From Rhodospirillales bacterium (GTDB taxonomy: Bacteria; Pseudomonadota; Alphaproteobacteria; Rhodospirillales; Defluviicoccaceae), in the NCBI GenBank assembly GCA_050329575.1, contig JBHJOP010000039.1:15812-79811 (forward strand): a DNA stretch of 64,000 bases, in the 5' to 3' direction. A model generated the notes under the pieces. The model searched no databases. It was not told the DNA's origin and saw only the letters and a list, made by a program, of their open reading frames with translations. Of the stretch, positions 47,690-59,029 are shown piece by piece. Each line of letters begins with the position of its first letter. The first letter of the stretch is position 1. A program made the translations under genes and the position numbers.

Positions 47690-47738
47690 TCGCCTTTGTC
47701 ACGGTGCGGCGCTATCCGGGGCCTCCGGTGAGCGCGCG

Positions 47739-48758
47739 ATGACCGCCGAGTGGCGCCATGTCTCGGCCCGCTTCCGGACCTTCCTCGCCGAATTGCAGCC
47801 GGCCGCCGGTGAGCGCTACGCGGCGTGGGCGGCCGCCCGCGATGTCGGTGCTCTGTTGCGACGACGCTTTCTGCGGCCGGAGCTCGACGGCGACGACGGC
47901 GCCGGCGACGTGCGGGTGATCGGCGGCTTCGGCAACGGAACGGCGGTGCGGCCGGCGGCCAGCGTCGATCTCCTGTTCGTGGTCCCGGCACGCTTCGCGG
48001 TCGAGGCCGGTGTGGTCGCGTCGCCGGGCGGTGGGGCCGACATCGCGCCCCTGTTCCGCGACATGGTCGAACTGCTCGGTGCCCGCTATGCCGGCGTCGA
48101 GATGTCGCCGCACGGTTGGCTGTCGGTGGTCGCCGATCCGCGGTCGTCCCGCGCCGGCGCCGGCAGCCGGATGGCGGTGCGGGTGGTTCCCTGTTTTGCC
48201 GGTCCCGGCGCGGGCTACCGGGCTGCCGCCGGCGGCGCCCGTGCCGGCCGCGGGCCGTGGGGCCGGATCCATCCGCAGGCCGAACTCGACCGGCTCGACC
48301 GCGCCGATGCCGCCTCCAACGGCAAGGCGCGCGACCTGATCCGGATGCTGAAGGCGTGGCGGCGCGCCTCCGGCGCCGCGCTCTCGACCTTCGCCCTCGA
48401 GCTGCTCGCCTGCGAGTTCGTCACCCTGTGGATCTACCAGCGGCAGAGCGCCCTGTTTTATGACTGGATGGTCCGGGACTTCTTTTTCTGGTTGACCGCA
48501 CAGGGCGGGCGGACGCTCAGGATCCCAGGCACCGGCGAGACCCTGGCGCTCGGCGACGTCTGGTGCGCCGACGCTGAGATCGCCTACGCCGCCGCCGCCG
48601 AGGCCTCCGATCTCGAACGCGACAACCGCGACGAGCAGGCGCTGGCCGGCTGGCGGCGGATCTTCGGTCTCGCCTTCACCGGTGTGCCGATGCCGCCACC
48701 GCCGCCGGTGGTCGGGGCGCGCGTCATCGCGTGGCAGGCACGGATGGCGTCGGAATAA
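47739..48758 (+). CDS. SMODS/CD-NTase-like (Pol-beta fold) nucleotidyltransferase homologue, active-site positions apparently substituted
   Basis: 339 aa. VIGGFGNGTAVRPAASVDLLFVVP aligns by eye to the GS...[DE]xD strand. AVRVVPCF aligns to the hDhhPaf strand. GKARDLIRMLKAWRR and STFALELL match the helical core of minimal NTases. Confidence 0.6.
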   Translation: MTAEWRHVSARFRTFLAELQPAAGERYAAWAAARDVGALLRRRFLRPELDGDDGAGDVRVIGGFGNGTAVRPAASVDLLFVVPARFAVEAGVVASPGGGADIAPLFRDMVELLGARYAGVEMSPHGWLSVVADPRSSRAGAGSRMAVRVVPCFAGPGAGYRAAAGGARAGRGPWGRIHPQAELDRLDRADAASNGKARDLIRMLKAWRRASGAALSTFALELLACEFVTLWIYQRQSALFYDWMVRDFFFWLTAQGGRTLRIPGTGETLALGDVWCADAEIAYAAAAEASDLERDNRDEQALAGWRRIFGLAFTGVPMPPPPPVVGARVIAWQARMASE

Positions 48759-48767
48759 GCGCCCCGG

Positions 48768-48806
48768 CACCACCTCGATCAAGGCCGAGGCGTCAACCAC
48801 GATCAT
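48768..48806 (-). pseudogene. vapC: VapC (PIN-domain toxin) remnant, about the first 13 codons only
   Basis: ATG 48806 overlaps the antitoxin stop (ATGA) and reads MIVVDASALIEVV, the canonical VapC N-terminus with the first PIN Asp. After that the frame enters the antisense of the NTase 3' end (stop at 48756-48758). Confidence 0.6.
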
Positions 48807-49006
48807 CGCCGGTCGCGTTCGTCGCGCACCATGTCCGCCACCGGTCGGTCCGGCATCACCGTCGCACGCGACCGGACGCGGGCGAAGATCTCGTCGGCCG
48901 TCGGTCGTTCGGCGACCCGCCGAATCTCGGCGAGCAGATACTCCGTCGGCGACGAGCCCGCGAGTGCCGCCCGTGCCTTCGGTTTGCGGTGAAGATCGTC
49001 CGGCAC
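48803..49006 (-). pseudogene. vapB: VapB/FitA-like ribbon-helix-helix antitoxin, apparently N-terminally damaged
   Basis: (V)PDDLHRKPKARAALAGSSPTEYLLAEIRRVAERPTADEIFARV. The in-frame upstream codons read ATG TGA AAG ACG ATC CAG ATC CGG CAC, so the expected beta-strand KTIQIRH is cut off from its ATG by a TGA at 49028-49030. Confidence 0.55.
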
Positions 49007-49113
49007 GTGCCGGATCTGGATCGTCTTTCACATGTGCCGAGCATGATGGCGCGTGTCCCACACGGAAAGCATCGGGAACTCCGCAGACCGCCGCGCCCGG
49101 CTTCGATCTGCGG

Positions 49114-50124
49114 TCAGAGGGCGACGCAGACCTTGCCGAAGTGGTGTCCGCCCTCCAGATGCGCGAACGCCTCCGGCACCGCGCCGAACGGATAGACGCG
49201 ATCGACCACCGGGCGCAGCCGGTGGCGCGCGATCGCCCGCGCCATCGCCTCGAAGCCGTCGCGCGATCCCACTGTCACCCCCTGCAGGCGCACGTTGCGC
49301 ATCACCGCCAGCGGCAGCGGGACGCTCGCTTTGGCCCCGCCGAGGACGCCGATCAGGCTGATCCGGCCGCCGGTTCTGACCGCCCGCAGCGACCGCTCCA
49401 GGGTGTCGGCGCCACCCAGCTCGACGACGTGGTCGCAGCCTTCGCCGCCGGTCAGCGCTTTCACCGTCCGATCCCATTCGGGAGTGGTGCGATAGTTGAC
49501 GACCTCGTCGGCGCCGAGCTGGCGGACGCGCGCCAGCTTGTCGTCGCGCGACGAAATCACGATCACCCGTGCGCCGGCGATCTTCGCGAACTGCAGCGCG
49601 AACAGGGCGACACCGCCGGTCCCCTGCACCAGCACGGTGGCGCCGGGCCCGACCCCGCCCTCGGTGATCACCGCGCTCCACGCGGTCAGCGCCGCGCAGG
49701 GCAGGCATGCCGCCTCCTCGTCGCCGAGGTGGTCGGGCACTCGCGCCACCCCCTCCGCGCCGACCGCCATCAGCTGGGCCAGCACGCCGTCCAGCGGTCC
49801 GCCGAGGCTGTCGCGGAACTTGTCCGCCGACGCCTCGCCGCCGATCCAGCCCTGGAAGAACAGCGGCGCCACCCGGTCGCCAACGGCGACCCGGCGCACG
49901 CCATCGCCGACCGCCACCACCTCGCCAACCCCGTCGGAGACCGGAATCAGCGGCAGCCCGATGCGCGGCCCGTAGCCGCCGCGAATCATCAGGGTGTCGC
50001 GGTAGTTGAGCGACGCCGCCCGCATCCGGAGCAGCACCTGGCCCGGCCCCGGCTCCGGGTCCGGCCGTTCGCCCCGGCGCAGGTGATCCGGCCCGAACGC
50101 GTCCTTGAGCTCCCATACCTCCAT
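49114..50124 (-). CDS. Zinc-type/MDR NAD(P)-dependent oxidoreductase (quinone-oxidoreductase-like)
   Basis: 336 aa. LNYRD, PLIPVSDGVGEVVAVG, VLVQGTGGVALFALQFAK. Confidence 0.85.
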   Translation of the reverse strand: MEVWELKDAFGPDHLRRGERPDPEPGPGQVLLRMRAASLNYRDTLMIRGGYGPRIGLPLIPVSDGVGEVVAVGDGVRRVAVGDRVAPLFFQGWIGGEASADKFRDSLGGPLDGVLAQLMAVGAEGVARVPDHLGDEEAACLPCAALTAWSAVITEGGVGPGATVLVQGTGGVALFALQFAKIAGARVIVISSRDDKLARVRQLGADEVVNYRTTPEWDRTVKALTGGEGCDHVVELGGADTLERSLRAVRTGGRISLIGVLGGAKASVPLPLAVMRNVRLQGVTVGSRDGFEAMARAIARHRLRPVVDRVYPFGAVPEAFAHLEGGHHFGKVCVAL

Positions 50125-50136
50125 CGTCGTTCCTTC

Positions 50137-51066
50137 TCATGCCCCGCGTTCCGCCACGGTCGCGGCGAGCATGCGCGCCAGATCGTCCGAGTCAAGGATC
50201 CCCGCCGATGTCCGAAGCGCGTTGGCGGCGCCGGCGGCGACCGCCAGCCGCAGTGCCTCTCCCGGTCCCCGGCCCTCCGCCAGCCCCACCACCAGGCCGG
50301 CGAGAAAACTATCGCCACTACCGACCGCGCTGACCGCCCGGATGCGCGGTGGTCGCGCCCGCCAGGTGCCGGCGGCTTCGACCAGCACCGCGCCCTCGTC
50401 CCCGCAGGTGATCGACACCGCGGCTGCGCCGCGGCGCCGGATCTCCGCCGCCGCCGCGGCGGCATCGATGGCCGTCGCCGGCTCCCGTCCCAACAGCGCC
50501 GCCGCCTCGAGGGCGTTGATCTTGACCATCGCCCCAGCCGCGATCGCTTCGGCGAGGGCGGGACCGGCGGTATCGACCCACACGGGTCGGCCCCCGCCGC
50601 CGACGGCGGCGACGAGGGCGGCGAGGCCGCCTGCCGGACACCCCGGCGGCAGGCTGCCCGCGATGCAGGCGGCATCACAGGCCGCAACGGCTTCCGCCGC
50701 GTCGGCGATCAGCCGCCGCCAGTCGGCAGCGGTGATCGCCGGCCCCGGTTCGTTGATCACCGTCGCCTCGCCGCGGGCGCCGACGACGATGACGCAGGTG
50801 CGGGTCTCGCCGTCGAACCGGGTCCAGGCGGCCTCCAGTCCCTCCTCGTCCGCGAGCGTCGCCGCCAGCCGGCCGCCGTGGCCGGCGATCAACCCGGCGC
50901 ACACCGCCCGATGTCCGAGACAGCGCACCGCGCGCGCCGCGTTCACCCCCTTGCCGCCGCAGGCCGCGGACGCCGACGCCGCCCGCCACACCGCGCCGGC
51001 GGCGAAGCCCGGCACCGCGAGCGTACGGTCGACGGCGACGTTGGGGGTGACGCACAGGATCTTCAT
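50137..51066 (-). CDS. PfkB-family sugar/1-phosphofructokinase-like kinase
   Basis: From ATG 51066: MKILCVTPNVAVDRT, GGKGVNAARA, and the C-terminal SAVGSGDSFLAG (the DTxGAGD-equivalent anion hole). Confidence 0.8.
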   Translation of the reverse strand: MKILCVTPNVAVDRTLAVPGFAAGAVWRAASASAACGGKGVNAARAVRCLGHRAVCAGLIAGHGGRLAATLADEEGLEAAWTRFDGETRTCVIVVGARGEATVINEPGPAITAADWRRLIADAAEAVAACDAACIAGSLPPGCPAGGLAALVAAVGGGGRPVWVDTAGPALAEAIAAGAMVKINALEAAALLGREPATAIDAAAAAAEIRRRGAAAVSITCGDEGAVLVEAAGTWRARPPRIRAVSAVGSGDSFLAGLVVGLAEGRGPGEALRLAVAAGAANALRTSAGILDSDDLARMLAATVAERGA

Positions 51067-51142
51067 CGCACCGACAATAGCCGAGGGACGCCCGCCCCGC
51101 GCAAGGCCACGGGTTGCGTGCCAGCGCCGGCGCTGGAATAGT

Positions 51143-51988
51143 GTGCATGCCACGATCGGAGGAGTCCCCCTGACCGCCACCCATCCGGTGCTCTGCGGCT
51201 CGATCGCCGGCCGCCCCGGCACGTTCGGGGTCGCCATGCACACCGCCGCCTACCGGGCGCTCGGCCTGAACTACACGTATGTCGCGTTCGGCACCGAGGA
51301 CACCGCCGGCGCAGTGGCGGGGATGCGCGCGCTCGGCATTCGCGGCCTCGGCGTCACCATGCCCCACAAGATCCGCATCGCCGACCATCTCGATGCCGTC
51401 GAGTCGACCGCGCGCGCCATCGGCGCCGTCAACACCGTCGTCAACGACGACGGCCGACTGACCGGGCACAACGTCGACTGGATCGGCGCCGTGCGTGCGC
51501 TGCGCGAGGTCACCGAGCTCGCCGGTCGCCGGGCGGCGGTGATCGGCGCCGGCGGCGGCGCGCGGTCGATCGTCTACGGGCTCGTCCGCGAGGGCTGCCG
51601 GGTCACCGTCTACAACCGCACGGCGGCCCGCGGCCGCGCCCTGGCCGCGGCGCTGGGGGCCGGCTGGGGCGGCGCACCCTCCGACATCGCCGCCGCCGCC
51701 GGCTACGACATCCTCGCCCACGCCACCCCGGTCGGGTTCCACGACCCGGACGCGATGCTGGTGCCGGCGGCGGCGCTCCGCCCCAGGCAAGTGGTGTTCG
51801 ACGCGGTGCCGCTGCCGCTGGAGACGCGGCTGCTGCGCGAAGCGGCGGCGACGGGGTGCCGGACCGTCGCGGGGGTGCGGATGCAGCTCCACCAGGCCGC
51901 CTGCCAGTTCACCCTCTATACCGGCCTCGAACCCGATCTCGCGGTGATGGAGGCGGCGCTTCTGGCGGCGATCGCACGGGCCGGCTAA
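51143..51988 (+). CDS. aroE: Shikimate dehydrogenase family protein
   Basis: GLGVTMPHK, IGAVNTVV, GHNVDWIG (NVD where canonical AroE has NTD), VIGAGGGARS. The start is uncertain: GTG 51143 or CTG 51170 after GGAGGA. Confidence 0.75.
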   Translation: MHATIGGVPLTATHPVLCGSIAGRPGTFGVAMHTAAYRALGLNYTYVAFGTEDTAGAVAGMRALGIRGLGVTMPHKIRIADHLDAVESTARAIGAVNTVVNDDGRLTGHNVDWIGAVRALREVTELAGRRAAVIGAGGGARSIVYGLVREGCRVTVYNRTAARGRALAAALGAGWGGAPSDIAAAAGYDILAHATPVGFHDPDAMLVPAAALRPRQVVFDAVPLPLETRLLREAAATGCRTVAGVRMQLHQAACQFTLYTGLEPDLAVMEAALLAAIARAG

Positions 51989-52024
51989 GCTGGCCCGCCC
52001 ACCCACCGCACGGAGGACCTCGCG

Positions 52025-52492
52025 ATGACCGGCCGCATCGAAGCCCGCCTCGCCGAACTCGGCCTCACCCTCCCGCCGCCGGCGGCTCCCGCCGGCGCCT
52101 ACGTGCCCTGGGTGGTCGTCGGCGCGCTGGTGTTCGTTTCCGGCCAGCTGCCGTTCCAGGACGGCACTCTCCGCTACGTCGGCCGCCTCGGCGACGGCTT
52201 GAGCGTCGAGGATGGCCATGCCGCCGCCCGCCTCTGCGGTCTCAACCTCCTCGCCCAGGTGAGCGCCGCCTGCGGCGGTGATCTCGACCGGGTGCGCCGG
52301 GTGGTCCGCCTCGGCGGCTTCGTCAATTCGGTCGCCGACTTCACCGACCAGCCGAAGGTGCTGAACGGCGCTTCCGAACTGATGGTCGCGGTGTTCGGCG
52401 ATGCCGGCCGCCACGCCCGCGCCGCCGTCGGCTGCCCGACCCTGCCGCTCGGCGTCGCGGTCGAGGTCGACGGGATCTTCGAGATCGCCTGA
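52025..52492 (+). CDS. RidA/YjgF-family protein
   Basis: 155 aa. LVFVSGQLP, VRLGGFVNS, PARAAVG...LPLGVAVEVDGIFEI. Confidence 0.85.
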   Translation: MTGRIEARLAELGLTLPPPAAPAGAYVPWVVVGALVFVSGQLPFQDGTLRYVGRLGDGLSVEDGHAAARLCGLNLLAQVSAACGGDLDRVRRVVRLGGFVNSVADFTDQPKVLNGASELMVAVFGDAGRHARAAVGCPTLPLGVAVEVDGIFEIA

Positions 52493-52556
52493 GCGCAACC
52501 GGCCGAGCGCCGCTTGTCGCCGCCGTGCGGCCGAAGAGAGCCTCGGTCGCGACGGC

Positions 52557-54510
<1,954 letters not shown>

Positions 54511-54594
54511 CCCGCCCGCGCGGCCGCCGCCCGGCCCGTCCAAGCATCCGTCCGCTTCTCAACACTCCGCTCAGGGACCGAAGGAACTCCGCCC

Positions 54595-56016
54595 ATGGCA
54601 CTCAACTGCAAGACGCCTGCCGACGTCATCTCCGTGCTGAAGGAGAGCGACATCAAGTATGTCGATCTGCGCTTTACCGACCCGCGCGGCAAATGGCAGC
54701 ACCTGACGATGACCTCTCCGTTCGTCGACGAGGACGCCTTCGCCGACGGCATCATGTTCGACGGCTCGTCGATCGCCGGCTGGAAGGCGATCAACGAATC
54801 CGACATGGCGCTGATCCCCGATCCGGTGAGCGCGGTGATGGATCCGTTCGCCGCCCAACCGATGCTGATCCTGTTCTGCGACGTGGTGGAGCCGTCGACC
54901 GGCCAGCCCTACCTGCGCGACCCGCGCTCGATCGCCAAGAAGGCGGAGGCCTATCTCGCCTCGACCGGGATCGGCGACACTGCCTATTTCGGTCCCGAGG
55001 CGGAGTTCTTCGTGTTCGACGACGTGCGTTTCGACGTGCGCATGAACAACTGCTTCTACGAGTTCAGCTCCGACGAAGGGCCCTACGTCACCGGCCGGAT
55101 CCTGCCAGAGGGCAACGCCGGCCACCGGCCGCCGATCAAGGGCGGCTACTTCCCGGTGCCGCCGGTCGATTCCGCCATGGACCTGCGCGCCGAGATGGTC
55201 TCGGTGATGCGCGAGATGGGCCTCAATATGGACAAGCACCATCACGAGGTGGCACCGAGCCAGCACGAGCTCGGTCTCACCTACGATACCCTGGTGCGCT
55301 CCGCCGACAACATCCAGATCTACAAGTATTGCGTCCAGATGGTCGCCCAGACCTATGGAAAGTCGGCGACTTTCATGCCGAAGCCGGTGGCCGGCGACAA
55401 CGGCTCGGGGATGCATACCCATCAGTCGATCTGGAAGGACGGCAAGCCGACCTTCGCGGGCTCCAGCTATGCCGACCTGTCGGAGACCGCGCTCTACTAC
55501 ATCGGCGGCATCATGAAGCACGCCAAGGCCCTCAACGCCTTCACCAATCCGTCGACCAACAGCTACAAGCGGCTGATCCCCGGCTTCGAGGCGCCGGTCC
55601 TGCTCGCCTACTCGGCCCGCAACCGCTCGGCGTCGTGCCGCATTCCGTTCGCCACCAACCCCAAGGCCAAGCGGGTCGAGGTGCGCTTCCCCGATCCGAC
55701 CTGCAACCCGTATCTCGGCTTCGCGGCGATGCTGATGGCCGGGCTCGACGGCATTCACAACAAGATCCACCCGGGCGACGCCATCGACAAGAACCTCTAC
55801 GACCTGCCGCCCGAAGAGCTCCAGAACGTGCCGACGGTGTGCGGATCTCTGCGCGAGGCGCTCGACTGCCTCGACGCCGGTCGCGACTTCCTGAAGAGGG
55901 GTGAGGTGTTCACCGACGACGTGATCGACGGCTACATCCAGCTCAAGTGGGAGGAAGTCTACAACTTCGAGCACACCCCCCACCCGGTCGAGTTCCAGAT
56001 GTACTACTCCTCGTGA
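54595..56016 (+). CDS. glnA: Glutamine synthetase type I
   Basis: 473 aa. [30 protein letters not shown], and the adenylylation-site region NLYDLPPEE. Confidence 0.97.
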   Translation: MALNCKTPADVISVLKESDIKYVDLRFTDPRGKWQHLTMTSPFVDEDAFADGIMFDGSSIAGWKAINESDMALIPDPVSAVMDPFAAQPMLILFCDVVEPSTGQPYLRDPRSIAKKAEAYLASTGIGDTAYFGPEAEFFVFDDVRFDVRMNNCFYEFSSDEGPYVTGRILPEGNAGHRPPIKGGYFPVPPVDSAMDLRAEMVSVMREMGLNMDKHHHEVAPSQHELGLTYDTLVRSADNIQIYKYCVQMVAQTYGKSATFMPKPVAGDNGSGMHTHQSIWKDGKPTFAGSSYADLSETALYYIGGIMKHAKALNAFTNPSTNSYKRLIPGFEAPVLLAYSARNRSASCRIPFATNPKAKRVEVRFPDPTCNPYLGFAAMLMAGLDGIHNKIHPGDAIDKNLYDLPPEELQNVPTVCGSLREALDCLDAGRDFLKRGEVFTDDVIDGYIQLKWEEVYNFEHTPHPVEFQMYYSS

Positions 56017-56022
56017 CCTCGA

Positions 56023-56054
56023 CGCACGGGCTCCGCGAGCTCGCGGGGCCCGTG
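56023..56054. terminator. Long GC hairpin between the convergent glnA and cysH genes
   Basis: GCACGGGCTCCGCGAG-CTCGCGGGGCCCGTGC forms an almost perfect 32-nt palindrome with one G-T pair. There is no clear U-tract. Confidence 0.5.
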
Positions 56055-56103
56055 CCCGTCCGTCCGCCGTCGGCGCCGGCGACCGGCCGGCGGCGGTCGT
56101 GGA

Positions 56104-56880
56104 TCAGTCGATGCCCATCATCCGCCAGCCCTTGACCGGCAGATGGATGCCACATTCGGTCTTGTTGTGGCCCCGCCAGCGGCCGGCACGCGGGTCCTCG
56201 CCGGGGGCGACCCGGTCGGTGCACGGCATGCAGCCGATCGACAGGAAGCCGTCCGCCTGCAGCGGATGGCGCGGCAGCTGGTGGCGATCGAAATAGGCGT
56301 CGATGTCGGCCTGTTGCCAGCGTGCCAGCGGGTTGATCTTGATCCGGCCGTCGTCGCTGGCCTCGATCGTCGGCAGGTTGCCGCGGTCGCCGCCGTGGAA
56401 CCCCTTGCGGCCGCTGATCCAGGCCGCGAAGCCATCGAGCGCCCGGTTCAGCGGCTCGACCTTGCGCAGGTAGCAGCACATGTTGGGGTTGCCGTACCAC
56501 AGCACCCCGTCCGGATCGATCTCGTCGATGCGCTTCGGATCGGGCCTGACGGTGCGGACGTCGCTGAGCTCGAGGGCGGTGGTCAGGGCATCGCGGTAGC
56601 GCAGCGTCTCGCCGAACAGCTTCCCGGTGTCGAGGAAGATCACCGGCGTCGCCCGGTCGATCGCCGCCACCATGTGCAGAAGCACCGCCGCCTCCGCACC
56701 GAACGACGAGACGAGGGCGACCCGGCCGGCGAAAGCGTCGCGGATCATCGCCGCCAGCAGGGTCGGCGGATCGGCGTCGCGGTAGCGGGCATCGAGCGCC
56801 GCCGCCCGCGCCGCCGCCGCCGCAGTTTCGTCCACGAGCGGCTGCGGCGCCGTCGCGGCGGCGGTCGCGGTGGCGGTCAT
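56104..56880 (-). CDS. cysH: Phosphoadenosine/adenosine phosphosulfate reductase
   Basis: From ATG 56880 (ATGA overlap): SSFGAEAAVLLHM, CCYLRKVEPL, C-terminal ECGIH. Confidence 0.9.
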   Translation of the reverse strand: MTATATAAATAPQPLVDETAAAAARAAALDARYRDADPPTLLAAMIRDAFAGRVALVSSFGAEAAVLLHMVAAIDRATPVIFLDTGKLFGETLRYRDALTTALELSDVRTVRPDPKRIDEIDPDGVLWYGNPNMCCYLRKVEPLNRALDGFAAWISGRKGFHGGDRGNLPTIEASDDGRIKINPLARWQQADIDAYFDRHQLPRHPLQADGFLSIGCMPCTDRVAPGEDPRAGRWRGHNKTECGIHLPVKGWRMMGID

Positions 56881-57380
56881 TCCGCCGCACTCCGGAAACG
56901 GCGCAGCCGGGTCGCCGGGATGCGATCGTCGGCGGCCGTCTGGTAGCAGACCGAGATCTCGTCGATCGCCCGCCGCCAGCCGGCGGCGTCGATGTCGTCC
57001 GCGATCTCGAAGGCGTCGAAGCCGCAGCGGTGCATGAACATCAGCTGGTCGCGGAGAACGTTGCCGACGGCGCGCAGTTCGCCCGCGAACCGGTAGCGTT
57101 GCCGCAGCAGCCGGGCGGTGGAATACCCCCGGCCGTCGCGGAAGGTCGGGAACGCCAGCGCCACGAGATCGAAGTGCGCGAGGTCGGCGGCGATCTCCGT
57201 CGCCGGCTGGTGCGACGCGAGACGCACCCCGAGGCGGCCGTCGCGGGCCAGAAGCGCCTCGCGCTCCGCCCGCCAGCGTTCGACAGAGACGATCACCGGA
57301 CCGGAGGCGGGCAGCGGGCCGTCGTCGGCGACCGCCACCCACGGATCGTCGACCGGCGAGCCGTTCTTAATCAGCGGCAT
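56877..57380 (-). CDS. DUF934 protein (sulfite-reductase-associated)
   Basis: From ATG 57380: MPLIKNG...FPTFRDGRGYSTARLLRQRYRFAGELRAVGNVLRDQLMFMHRCGFDAF. Confidence 0.8.
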   Translation of the reverse strand: MPLIKNGSPVDDPWVAVADDGPLPASGPVIVSVERWRAEREALLARDGRLGVRLASHQPATEIAADLAHFDLVALAFPTFRDGRGYSTARLLRQRYRFAGELRAVGNVLRDQLMFMHRCGFDAFEIADDIDAAGWRRAIDEISVCYQTAADDRIPATRLRRFRSAAE

Positions 57381-59022
57381 AGAGCTTCTCCTTGAACGGC
57401 TGCATGCCGAGGCGGCGGACCGCATCCACGAACCGCTCGCCGTCCCGGCGAACCTCCAGATAGGTGTTGACGATGGTCTCGACGGCGTCGACCACCTCCT
57501 CGGACGAGAACGCCGGTCCGACCAGGGTGCCGAGGGCGGCATTCTCGGTGGCGTCGCCGCCGAGGGTGATCTGATAGAACTCCTCGCCCTTCTTGTCGAC
57601 GCCGAGGATGCCGATGTGGCCGACGTGGTGGTGGCCGCAGGCGTTGATGCAGCCCGAGATCTTGATCTTCAGCTCGCCGATGGCATGCATCCTGCGGAGG
57701 TCGTCGAAGCGCTCGGTGATGCGCTGGGCGACCGGAATCGACCGGGCGTTGGCGAGGCTGCAGTAGTCGAGGCCCGGGCAGGCGATGATGTCGGAGACGA
57801 GGCCGATGTTGGGGGTGGCGAGGCCGAGCGGCACCAGCGCCTGCCACAACTGGTGGAGATCCGCCTGTTTGACGTGGGGCAGGATCAGGTTCTGCTCGTG
57901 GCTGACCCGGACCTCGCCGAAGCTGTACCAGTCGGCGAGATCGGCGACCGCGTCCATCTGCTCGGCGGTGGCATCGCCGGGAGGGCCGCCGACCGGCTTC
58001 AGCGAAAGGTTGACGATCGCATAGCCGGGCCGGCGATGCGGGACCACGTTGGTTCGAACCCAGTTGCCGAACGCCGGGTCGCGGCGCTTCTGGTCCTCGA
58101 ACGCGGCCACCGGCGCCGCCAACGTCTCGAAGGGCGGAGGCGCGAAGTAGGCGGCGATGCGCTCGAACTCGCCCGGCGGCAGATCGACGGGGCTCTTGTC
58201 GATCTGCGACCATTCCTCCTCGACCAGCTCCGCGAAGCGCTCGGCGCCGATCTCGTGGACCAGGATCTTGATCCGCGCCTTGAACATGTTGTCGCGGCGC
58301 CCGAACAGGTTGTAGACCCGCAGGATCGCCTCCAGGTAGGAGAGCAGATGGCGCTTCGGCAGGAACGGTCGAATGGTCTTGCCGATCATCGGCGTTCGGC
58401 CGAGGCCGCCGCCGACCATCACCTCGAACCCGATCTCGCCGGCCTCGTCGCGGAGCATCCGGAGCCCGATGTCGTGGACGCGCACCGCGGCACGATCCTC
58501 GGGAGCGCCGGTCACCGCGATCTTGAACTTGCGCGGCAGGAACGAGAACTCGGGGTGCAGGGTCGACCACTGGCGGATCACCTCGCAGGTGATCCGCGGG
58601 TCCTCGATCTCGTCGGCGGCGGCGCCGGCGTAATGGTCGGCGGTGACGTTGCGAATGCAGTTGCCGCTGGTCTGGATGCCGTGCATCTCGACCTCGGCCA
58701 GCGCGGCGAGGATGTCCGGAACGTCCGACAGCGCCGGCCAGTTGAACTGGATGTTCTGTCGGGTGGTGAAGTGGCCGTATCCCCGGTCGTAGCGCCGCGC
58801 GATGTGGGCGAGCCGGCGCATCTGCCGCGAGGACAGCGTGCCGTAGGGGATGGCGACCCGCAGCATGTAGGCGTGCAGTTGCAGGTAGAGGCCGTTCATC
58901 AGCCTCAGCGGACGGAACTGGTCTTCGTTCAGCTCGCCGCTGAGACGGCGGGCCACCTGGTCGCGGAACTGGGCGACCCGCTCCGCGACCAGGGTGTGGT
59001 CGAATTCGTCGTAGCGGTACAT
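57367..59022 (-). CDS. cysI: Sulfite reductase hemoprotein (siroheme/4Fe-4S, CysI-type)
   Basis: From ATG 59022; 551 aa. TTRQNIQFNW, GNCIRN, and the siroheme-FeS Cys cluster ACPGLDYC...SGCINACGHHH. Confidence 0.9.
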   Translation of the reverse strand: MYRYDEFDHTLVAERVAQFRDQVARRLSGELNEDQFRPLRLMNGLYLQLHAYMLRVAIPYGTLSSRQMRRLAHIARRYDRGYGHFTTRQNIQFNWPALSDVPDILAALAEVEMHGIQTSGNCIRNVTADHYAGAAADEIEDPRITCEVIRQWSTLHPEFSFLPRKFKIAVTGAPEDRAAVRVHDIGLRMLRDEAGEIGFEVMVGGGLGRTPMIGKTIRPFLPKRHLLSYLEAILRVYNLFGRRDNMFKARIKILVHEIGAERFAELVEEEWSQIDKSPVDLPPGEFERIAAYFAPPPFETLAAPVAAFEDQKRRDPAFGNWVRTNVVPHRRPGYAIVNLSLKPVGGPPGDATAEQMDAVADLADWYSFGEVRVSHEQNLILPHVKQADLHQLWQALVPLGLATPNIGLVSDIIACPGLDYCSLANARSIPVAQRITERFDDLRRMHAIGELKIKISGCINACGHHHVGHIGILGVDKKGEEFYQITLGGDATENAALGTLVGPAFSSEEVVDAVETIVNTYLEVRRDGERFVDAVRRLGMQPFKEKLYAAD

Positions 59023-59029
59023 CGTCCGG

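Noticed and set aside
48682-51141. 819-aa plus-strand ORF spanning the oxidoreductase and PfkB-kinase genes; also 47712-49061 (minus, 449 aa)
   Set aside because: Both are Arg/Pro-rich junk apart from the first 13 codons of the vapC remnant inside 47712-49061. The opposite-strand genes have clear Rossmann and PfkB motifs.
51143-51988. Considered flagging the AroE-like protein (NVD in place of NTD) with the divergent PfkB kinase as a novel quinate/shikimate-type catabolic pair
   Set aside because: A single motif deviation plus a 77-bp divergent gap is too little evidence, and AroE paralogues are common. It is recorded only in the feature evidence.
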